Shown in pieces: positions 1 to 7,130 of a DNA stretch of 19,118 nucleotides (position 1 is the stretch's first letter; every line of letters starts with the position of its first letter). This DNA is from Planctomycetota bacterium (GTDB taxonomy: Bacteria > Planctomycetota > PLA2 > JAEUHO01), in NCBI GenBank assembly GCA_050248855.1, contig JBFWRP010000046.1:1-19118 (forward strand). The letters are read 5' to 3'. The position numbers and the translations under genes are program-made. Under the pieces are notes generated by a model. It saw only the letters and a program-made list of their open reading frames with translations. It searched no databases and had not been told where the DNA came from.

Positions 1-97
1 CGGGCTGTTCGCACCAAGGAACTGCCGACCTCTGCGCCGTCCGACGCGGGCAGGATAGTCGAGCCGACCCCCGTTTCATTGGAGGGGGTGCCGCAGC

Positions 98-675
98 CAT
101 GACGAACTGACACGCAGGGGTCGCGGTGCGATCGCCGGCGACCGTCGCACTTCGGTGTCTGACACCGTGCCCCCGTCGCTATCGCTCCGAGGCACGGGTT
201 CAGACACCTCCGCGCGCCTCGCGCGACCCCGGATGTGTCTGGACCCTTGCCGCGGCGCCGCGAAGCGGCAACGTGGGCAGGGTGCCTGACACGCAGGGGG
301 CGCGGTTCGCCGGCCGGCGCACTTGAGTGTCAGAGCGACCCCGGATGTGTCAGGACCCTTGCCGCGGCGCCGCGAAGCGGCAACGTGGGCAAGGTGCCTG
401 ACACGGAGGGGTCGCGGTGCGATCGCCGGCGAGCGCCGCACTTCGGTGTCTGACACCGTGCCCCCGTCGCTATCGCTCCGAGGCACGGGTTCAGACACCT
501 CCGCGCGCCTCGCGATTCGACCACCGGCGAACGGCGCACTTCGGTATCTGGTCACTCCACGCTCGTTCCGCGCTACCGCGCGGATTCGGTGCTCCGGCTT
601 CGCCTTCGCAGCAGGGGGGCTATTCCGTACCCCCCCTGCACCCCTCACGGGGTTCAGACACCTCCGCGCGGCTCG
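98..675 (+). repeat. Mosaic palindromic repeat array (REP/BIME-like), ~179-bp four-module unit
   Basis: Related 13-bp quasi-palindromic cores: GGTGTCTGACACC (154, 445), GGGTTCAGACACC (196, 487, 650), TGTGTC(T/A)GGACCC (234, 346), GGTGCCTGACACG (281, 393). Core-to-core distances are 38-52 nt, and the recurring spacers are hairpin-forming. The same modules recur inverted at 18464-19021. Confidence 0.92.
564..650 (+). repeat. 87-bp inserted module (MITE-like), copy 1
   Basis: 85/87 identical to 18592-18678. Contains the GCAGGGGGG...CCCCCCTGC hairpin. Confidence 0.85.
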
Positions 676-696
676 TCTTGCGGCAGAATGCGGCCC

Positions 697-1308
697 ATGT
701 CGTGTCTCGCCCCGTTCGCGCTCCCGTACCTTGCCGCCGGCGGCGTCCACCCGGGCGTTTGGGTGGCACTCGGCCTCGTCGTCTTCGCCCTGCTGTGGGC
801 CGTCGGGACCTACAACCGCCTGGTCCGCGCCCGCAACCACTGCGACGAGTCGTGGTCCGACGTCGACACCGAGCTCAAGCGTCGCTACGACCTCATCCCC
901 AACCTGGTCGAAACGGTCAAGGGCTACGCCCAGCACGAAGGCGACACGCTCGAACGCGTGGTGCAGGCCCGCAACAAGGCGGCCTCGCCCCACACCTCGC
1001 CCGTGGACCAGGCGCGTGACGAGAACGCCTTGACCCGCGAGATCCGCGGCCTGTTCCTGCTCAAGGAGAGCTACCCCGAGCTCAAGGCCAGCCGTCACTT
1101 CCTGGCCCTGCAGGAAGAGCTGGCCACGACCGAGAACCGCATCCAGCGCGCACGCCGCTTCTACAACGGCAACGTGCGCGACCTCGCCAACCTCATCGAG
1201 AGCTTCCCGTCGAGCGTGCTGGCCAACATGTACGGGTTCCGCAAGCGCGAGTTCTTCGAGATCGAGGACGCCAGCGAGCGCGCCTTGCCCCAGGTGGACC
1301 TCGCCTGA
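697..1308 (+). CDS. lemA: LemA family protein
   Basis: N-terminal TM segment, then YNRLV..RN...ESWSDVDTELKRRYDLIPNLVETVKGYA, ESYPELKAS..FL.LQEEL..TENRI..ARRFYN..V and FPSS.LA. The upstream ORF extension (589-696) lies largely in the repeat array. Start is 697 (alternative 688). Confidence 0.95.
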   Translation: MSCLAPFALPYLAAGGVHPGVWVALGLVVFALLWAVGTYNRLVRARNHCDESWSDVDTELKRRYDLIPNLVETVKGYAQHEGDTLERVVQARNKAASPHTSPVDQARDENALTREIRGLFLLKESYPELKASRHFLALQEELATTENRIQRARRFYNGNVRDLANLIESFPSSVLANMYGFRKREFFEIEDASERALPQVDLA

Positions 1309-3542
1309 TGCTGCGCCGCGTCTTCCCGCGCCCGCTCGCCTTGGCGCTGGCCCTCCTCGCGACCGCGCTGCTCTCCGCCCCCGTGGCCGAGGCGGGTGGT
1401 GGCCCCAGCCGCACCGTCATCGTGGCCAACGCCGACTCGCCGACCTCGCTGTACGTCGCCAACGAGTACGCACGGATGCGCGGCATCCCCGTGCACCACA
1501 TCTGTCGGCTGGCCAGGATCCCCCACCGCCAGCTGTCCACGGTCGAGCTCTTCCGCGAGCGGATCCTGGCGCCGCTCGAGGCGTGGCTCCAGACCAACGG
1601 GCTGGACGGCGACGTGGACACGATCGCCTTCAGCACCGACTTCCCGTTCGCAGCCGACTTCTCCGCGGATGGCGATCCCAACAACTGGGACAACCGTGTG
1701 CCCAAGCGGCTGTCCTTGACCGGCGCAACGTACCTGTCACGCCGCGTGCTGGCCAAGGACCTCGACTACACGAACCTCGAGGTCAACCGCTACGCACGCG
1801 TGCGTCCGGGCCCGCCGCTGCCCACCACCGGCTTTCGCTCGACCTACCTGTGGGAGCCGAGCGGCGAAGCGATCCGGACGCCGTCAGCCGACGACCTCGC
1901 GACCGACCTCGATCGCTACCGCCTGGCCACGATGCTCGGCTGGCACGGCATCCAGGGCATGTCGGTACCCGACATCCTGGCCAACCTCGAACGCTCCGTC
2001 GGCGCCGACGGCACGAGCCCAAAGGGCACCGTGTACCTGATGGACCACAAGGACGTCCGCGCCAAGTCACGCCGCATGTTCTTCAACCAGACCGTCGAGG
2101 AGCTCGAGAAGCGCGGCCGCAAGGCGGTCATCATCGATCCCGACCAGGAGGGCCAGGACGCCGTCCTGCCCAACCGGTGCGAGGACGTGATCGGCGTCGT
2201 CGCAGGCATCGCCGGCTTCGACTGGAGCAAGTGCGGCAGCACGATGTTGCCCGGCGCCATCGCCGAGCACCTCACCTCGTTCGGCGGTCAGCTCGACGGC
2301 TCGGGCCAGACCAAGCTCACGGCATTCCTGGCCGCAGGTGCGGCGGGGAGCAGCGGCACGGTCTGCGAGCCGCTCTCGATCTGGATGAAGTTCCCCGCGC
2401 CCTTCATCCACATCCACTACGCCGACGGCGCCTCGCTGGCCGAGGCGTTCTACCAAAGCCTGCGCGGGCCGTTCCAGCTGTTGATCGTGGGCGATCCGCT
2501 GACGAGGCCGTACGCGCCCGTGCGCCAGGTCAAGGTCGGGGGCAACGACGCGAAGTCGCCGGCCCGCGGGCCGTGGGGCCTGCCCCTGCTCGAGATCGGC
2601 AACGGCCCCGGAGCACACCCGACGCGCCTCGAGGCCTACGTGGACGGGCATCGGGTGTGGAGCGGCGAGCTCGGCGGGTTCGTGCTCGACACGACCACGC
2701 TGGAGGACGGCGGGCACGAGCTGCACATCGCCGCCATCACCGACGATCTGCTCGAGACGCGCTCGGAGGGCCATACGCGCTTCGTCGTGAAGAACGGCGG
2801 CGACCTGCCGACGCTCGTGCTGCCCAAGGGGGGCGTGGCGCTCGACGACGAGGTCAAGCTGTCGGGCCGTGCCCCGTCCGGCGTGAAGGAGATCGCGCTG
2901 CACCACGGCGTCAACGTCATCGCCACGGCCCCCGTGCGCAGCCGCCGCTGGAAGCTGGAGCTGCCCGCGATGCTCCTGGGCCGCGGCCGCGTCCCGCTCT
3001 ACGTCCGCGGCGTGGACGACGACGGACGCGCGAGCCGGAGCGAGATCGAGGACCTCGTGGTCGAGGCCCCGGGCGGCGACGGCAAGCCCAGGCGTTCGCC
3101 ACGCAAGAAGCCCAAGGGCAAGACCCCGAAGGGCCAGCAAGGCTTGGAGGCCACGGTCGAGGGCGACGGGGGCACCAAGGACGGCATCGTCGTGAAGGAG
3201 CTTCCCTGGAAGGGCAAGGACCTCCTCGCCGCGCAGCTGGGCGACGCCGCGAAGGGCAAGGTCAAGAAGGTCACGCTCGAGGGCGAGGTCGTGGCCCCCA
3301 AGGACGGCATCTACCAATGGGCCATCACGGGCCCCGGCACCGTGCGGCTGGAGGTCGATGGCGATCTGGTCTTCGAGCGCACGCTCGAGGGCACGGACGC
3401 GGGCTACGTCGAGACGCGCCTGAAGGAAGGGGCCAATGCCATCGAGCTGACGCTCGAGCCCGAGGGGCCCCCGCGCCTGGCCATCCTGCTCGGCGGCGAC
3501 ATGGTCCCCCGCGTGCTCGGCGGCGATCTGCTCAAGCACTGA
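1308..3542 (+). CDS. Secreted TIGR03790-family protein with C-terminal Ig-like and PA14-like beta domains
   Basis: Signal peptide. Motifs VIVANADS..S..VANEY..MRGIP, PGAIAEHLTSFGG, GSSGTVCEP...KFP and Y..G.SLAEAFYQS...P.QLLIVGDPL..P. Lys/Pro-rich linker, then a LEGEVVAPKDGIYQW...G..RLEVDG PA14-like tail. Start overlaps the lemA stop (TGATG). Confidence 0.8.
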   Translation: MLRRVFPRPLALALALLATALLSAPVAEAGGGPSRTVIVANADSPTSLYVANEYARMRGIPVHHICRLARIPHRQLSTVELFRERILAPLEAWLQTNGLDGDVDTIAFSTDFPFAADFSADGDPNNWDNRVPKRLSLTGATYLSRRVLAKDLDYTNLEVNRYARVRPGPPLPTTGFRSTYLWEPSGEAIRTPSADDLATDLDRYRLATMLGWHGIQGMSVPDILANLERSVGADGTSPKGTVYLMDHKDVRAKSRRMFFNQTVEELEKRGRKAVIIDPDQEGQDAVLPNRCEDVIGVVAGIAGFDWSKCGSTMLPGAIAEHLTSFGGQLDGSGQTKLTAFLAAGAAGSSGTVCEPLSIWMKFPAPFIHIHYADGASLAEAFYQSLRGPFQLLIVGDPLTRPYAPVRQVKVGGNDAKSPARGPWGLPLLEIGNGPGAHPTRLEAYVDGHRVWSGELGGFVLDTTTLEDGGHELHIAAITDDLLETRSEGHTRFVVKNGGDLPTLVLPKGGVALDDEVKLSGRAPSGVKEIALHHGVNVIATAPVRSRRWKLELPAMLLGRGRVPLYVRGVDDDGRASRSEIEDLVVEAPGGDGKPRRSPRKKPKGKTPKGQQGLEATVEGDGGTKDGIVVKELPWKGKDLLAAQLGDAAKGKVKKVTLEGEVVAPKDGIYQWAITGPGTVRLEVDGDLVFERTLEGTDAGYVETRLKEGANAIELTLEPEGPPRLAILLGGDMVPRVLGGDLLKH

Positions 3543-3568
3543 GCACGACCGCCCGCGAAGGGCGTGCT
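3542..3568. terminator. Hairpin between convergent genes (possible bidirectional terminator)
   Basis: AGCAC-gac-CGCCC-gcgaa-GGGC-GTGCT bulged stem-loop fills the gap between two stop codons. No U-tract. Confidence 0.4.
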
Positions 3569-4184
3569 ACTCGCGCAGCGGCGCGAGGACCTGCTCCAGG
3601 GTCGGCCGATCGGGGATCTCGTCGCCGACCTTCGCGAACAACACCTTGCGCTCCTCGTCCATCACGAAGGTGGCGGGGAGCGGCGCGTCCTTGCCCTCTT
3701 GGCGCACGCCGAACGACTCGCTGATCGAGAGGTCCCCGTCACTCAGGACGGGGAACGTGAGGCCGTACTTCTCGACGAGCTCGTCGCGCTTGTCGCCCGG
3801 GTCGTTGCTGACGGCGACGAGCACGGCGCCCGTGGCCTCGATCTCCTCCAAGCTGTCTTGCAGCTCACCGAGCTGCCGGCGGCACCAGGGTCACCAATGG
3901 CCGCGGTAGAAGACGACGATGGCGGGCGCCCCGTCCCGCATCTCCTGGAGGTCCGGGCCCGTCGTGCCGACGGCGAGCGGCGTGTCGCGCGGAGGCAGCT
4001 TCCTGCCGGCGACCTTCGCGTCGAGCTCGGCAGAGATGACCTGACGCTCGGGCTTGTCCGCTTCGGGCGCGGGAGCCTCGGGGACCGGCGCTGCGGCGGG
4101 CTTGGGGTCGCCTTCGCCACAGGCGCCTAGGGCGAGGGCCAGGACGCCAATCGCCGCCGCGAGTCGGTGGGATGCTTCGTGCAT
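3567..4184 (-). CDS. Lipoprotein peroxiredoxin-like/AhpC-TSA (thioredoxin-fold) selenoprotein, Sec at TGA 3893-3891
   Basis: The minus strand reads IVVFYRGHW-TGA-PWCRRQLGELQDSLEEIEATGAVLVAVS.D...FPVLSD...LPATFVMD in one frame. The TGA occupies the first Cys position of the family FYRGxWCPxC motif. Lipobox LALGA-C follows ATG 4184. 205 aa with readthrough. Confidence 0.88.
3860..3876 (-). promoter_or_regulatory. Putative bacterial SECIS hairpin
   Basis: Transcript GCAGCUC-GGU-GAGCUGC: a perfect 7-bp stem with a G-first loop, 21 nt between the UGA and the loop. Confidence 0.75.
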
Positions 4185-4325
4185 CCGCGCAGGGTAGGCG
4201 AAATCGAAAGCCGGAGGTCGATACATCGGCATTCCCGATGGTCCCTCCCTTCTCCGATGGGGATTCGCGTGAGCCCTCCTGGCCGGGCCCCGTTCCTCCC
4301 TACCGTGTCGAACGCGGGAGGACGG

Positions 4326-7016
4326 ATGGGCTCGATGCGCGGAGCGCTGCTGCTCACGGCCTTGCTGGCCGTGGGCGTCCTGGTCTGGGTCGCGACGATG
4401 GACCGCGGTCCGGAGCTGGAGGGCGACACCGCGATCCCGGAGCACGAGCCCGCTCGAGCGCTCGAGGGGTCGTCCTCCCCTGGGGGGCCCGCGCTGCACG
4501 GCACGGGCACCGCTTCCGGCGCTCGCCCGTCGATGGGTACGAGCCCACCGCCCCCGCCGGTAGACCCTGCCACGCTCGATCCGGTGCGCGACATTTTCGG
4601 GTTCGTCGTGGACGAGGGGGGCCAACCGATCGCCGGCGCGACAGTGACTGCCAGCGGGTACGTCTGGCGAAGTGGTCTGATCACGGCGGGCGGGTACTAC
4701 GACGCCACGCTGGTCGACGAGACGCGATCGGCGACCGACGGATCGTTCCGGCTTCGCGTGCGGCCCGGTCAGGTCCTCGGCGTGATGGTGCGGCACGCGG
4801 GGTACGCGACCACGGAGATCAGCACGGTGCTGGGCGGCGCGCACCTGCGCATCGTGCTTCGACCCGGACTACGCCTCGTGTTCACGCTCGAGGCCCCGGA
4901 TGGCGGACCCGCTGCCGACGTCCCCGTAGGGATCTGGCGAGCGGATCGGACGACCGACGGGACGTGGTTTCGGCTTCACCAGGAGACCGGACCCGACGGT
5001 CGCGTCGTCTTCGAGGGTCTGCCCGGCGGCGTGGAGGCGACGCTCGAGCCCGAGCCGGTTCGGGAGGGTTGGGGGCGGCCAGGTTGGCTGCGCCTCACGC
5101 TCCAAGACAGCGGTGAACAGCACCACACGGCCCGACTGCCAGAGGGGCGCACCCTTCGTGGTCGCATCACGGACGCAGCGACGGGCGAGCCCATCGAGGG
5201 CGCCCGGGTCGGCATGAACTGGGTGCTCGACGGCGAAGTCGTCTCGGATGCGGACGGTGCCTACGTGCTGCCCGGTTGGACCGCCAACGGCATCCGCGAC
5301 ATCCAGGTTGTCGCGAAGGGCTACGTGCGGGGCGCGGCCAACGTGGACGATCGAAGCGAGATCGACTTCGCGCTGCGGCGGGGCTTCGCGATCGAGGGGC
5401 GGGTCGTGGACGAGAGCGGCGGGGCCCTCGCCAACGCCCGCATCGCCACCGTGGGCAGCGAGCACCGGGGCAGCGAGCAGGCCATCTCGCTCGGCGACGC
5501 GGTGTCGGCCGCCGACGGGACGTTCCGCATCGACGGCCTGGATCCCACGCTGGCGCACACGATCCAAGTGCGTGCCGTGGAGCGCGCCAGCGTCCTGCTC
5601 GACATCGACGCGGGCCCCTCCGGCCAGGCGGTCGACGTGGGCGACATCGAGCTGCCGCGCCCCGTCGCCATCGTGGGGCGCGTCGTGGACGCCGAAGGCC
5701 GGGGCTACCCCGGCGTCAGCGTCAAGGTCGACAGCAAGACGACGGGCAGGACGAGCCGGCGGACGGGCGGCGGCCCGGCGCAGACGAGCTACCGCGGCTA
5801 CCGCGAAGTGCTGACGGACCAGCGCGGCTGGTTTCGCGTCTCGGACCTTGTGCCGGGCCCGTGGGAGGTGAAGGCCGCCGCGGCGGGCGCCGAACCGCAG
5901 ACGCGGACGGTCGTCGCACCGCAGCCCGAGGGGGGACCACCCCTGGAGATCGTCCTGGGTCGCACGCGTGTGGTGACGATCACGGTGCTCGATCCCGACG
6001 GCGTGCCCGTGGTCGGCGCCTACGTCCAGGACAAGGCACGCACGTCGAGCCAGCGCACGAACGAGCGGGGCGCCGTGGAGATCTCCCTGCCTCGGGAGCG
6101 GGCGGTCGAGATCACGGTCTGGCCCGTGGAGCGCAAGGACGTGCGCCAGCTGGCCCCCACGGAGGTCCCGGCGGACGTCACGGAGCTCGAGATCCGCCTC
6201 GAGCGCGCCGTGTTGGTACGCGGCACGCTGAGGGACGAGGCGGGCCAGCCCGTTCGAGATGCCGTCGTGTACGCCTACCGCGGCGAGGAGCGCGTGGGCA
6301 TGGGCGTGGTCGATGGAGACGGGTCCTTCGCGATCGACGTCAAGGAACCCGGCGAGGTGGAGCTGCGCTGGAACGGCGACTACGTGATGCGCGGGCCCAG
6401 CGTGGGCGGGCGTCCACTGATGGCGATGGCGCCCACGCGTGCCCAGCCCGGCGACGAGCTGGCGCTGGTCGCGCGGCCCGTCCCGACCAACCGGAGTCTG
6501 CGCGTCCAGGTGCTGGCGCCTGACGGCTCACCCCTCGCAGCGCGCATCGGGATCGGCGGCGGCATGAAGATCATCGCGGATCGCGCCGTCGATGAGAGCG
6601 GTGTGGCGGTGATCGACGAGCTACCGGCCATCGAGGTGTACGTCTCGGCCCACATGCCCAAGGACATCACCGAGCCGTGGCTGATGCCCGAGTCGGTCCG
6701 GCTCGTCCCCGACGGCCAGTCGGTCACGTTGCAGTTCCGCCTGGGTACCTGGTTGGATGTCACCCTGACGAAAGGTGGCCGACCCGTGCAAGCGAACGTG
6801 CGCGTCCACCTCTCCAATGGCGCCGGAGGGCAACGGGCGACGTGGCATCACGGCGCGGTGACGGACGCCCAGGGCCACTTCCGCATCGCCGTCGACCCGG
6901 CTTGGCGCAACACCGTCGTGCTCAACGTGTCGCCTACCGACCCCAATCACGGCAGCTGGATCCAGCGACGTGACGACGCCACCGCGGGCCGCGTCGAGGT
7001 GAGCCTGGACGAGTAG
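4326..7016 (+). CDS. Membrane-anchored carboxypeptidase regulatory-like (CarboxypepD_reg / beta-sandwich) repeat protein, paralog 1
   Basis: GGAGGA RBS before ATG 4326. N-terminal hydrophobic anchor and Pro-rich linker, then repeated G.V.D..G.P..GA.V...TD..G.F....L.PG modules. Confidence 0.85.
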   Translation: MGSMRGALLLTALLAVGVLVWVATMDRGPELEGDTAIPEHEPARALEGSSSPGGPALHGTGTASGARPSMGTSPPPPPVDPATLDPVRDIFGFVVDEGGQPIAGATVTASGYVWRSGLITAGGYYDATLVDETRSATDGSFRLRVRPGQVLGVMVRHAGYATTEISTVLGGAHLRIVLRPGLRLVFTLEAPDGGPAADVPVGIWRADRTTDGTWFRLHQETGPDGRVVFEGLPGGVEATLEPEPVREGWGRPGWLRLTLQDSGEQHHTARLPEGRTLRGRITDAATGEPIEGARVGMNWVLDGEVVSDADGAYVLPGWTANGIRDIQVVAKGYVRGAANVDDRSEIDFALRRGFAIEGRVVDESGGALANARIATVGSEHRGSEQAISLGDAVSAADGTFRIDGLDPTLAHTIQVRAVERASVLLDIDAGPSGQAVDVGDIELPRPVAIVGRVVDAEGRGYPGVSVKVDSKTTGRTSRRTGGGPAQTSYRGYREVLTDQRGWFRVSDLVPGPWEVKAAAAGAEPQTRTVVAPQPEGGPPLEIVLGRTRVVTITVLDPDGVPVVGAYVQDKARTSSQRTNERGAVEISLPRERAVEITVWPVERKDVRQLAPTEVPADVTELEIRLERAVLVRGTLRDEAGQPVRDAVVYAYRGEERVGMGVVDGDGSFAIDVKEPGEVELRWNGDYVMRGPSVGGRPLMAMAPTRAQPGDELALVARPVPTNRSLRVQVLAPDGSPLAARIGIGGGMKIIADRAVDESGVAVIDELPAIEVYVSAHMPKDITEPWLMPESVRLVPDGQSVTLQFRLGTWLDVTLTKGGRPVQANVRVHLSNGAGGQRATWHHGAVTDAQGHFRIAVDPAWRNTVVLNVSPTDPNHGSWIQRRDDATAGRVEVSLDE

Positions 7017-7130
7017 CAGGGCGGCGCTGCCAGGCTCCTTGCTCCGGGGCGGCGTCAGGCGCTCGTGTGCCATACTGGTGGCACCGCCCGACCCCGACAC
7101 GCCCGAAGCTCGATGACAAGGGGACGTGGT

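Noticed and set aside
1..102. Possible 3' end of an upstream gene
   Set aside because: Too short to assign a frame or product.
98..675. CRISPR array
   Set aside because: Cores are only ~13 bp and variable, the spacers themselves repeat, and there are no cas genes.
76..1098. ORFs crossing the left repeat array (76-1098, 323-1033, 417-1019) and the right array (17700-18881, 18206-18706)
   Set aside because: Translations of repeats or shadow frames of real genes. They are Arg/Pro/Ala-rich with no family motifs.
1583..3724. Long alternative-frame and antisense ORFs (1583-3724, 2067-3539, 7055-8701, 9930-11450, 11570-12964, 13915-15447)
   Set aside because: Expected shadows of high-GC3 genes, with no recognisable domains.
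3567..3893. Pseudogene interpretation of the peroxiredoxin-like gene
   Set aside because: The only stop is a TGA exactly at the catalytic Cys position, with a SECIS-like hairpin downstream. Sec recoding is more parsimonious.
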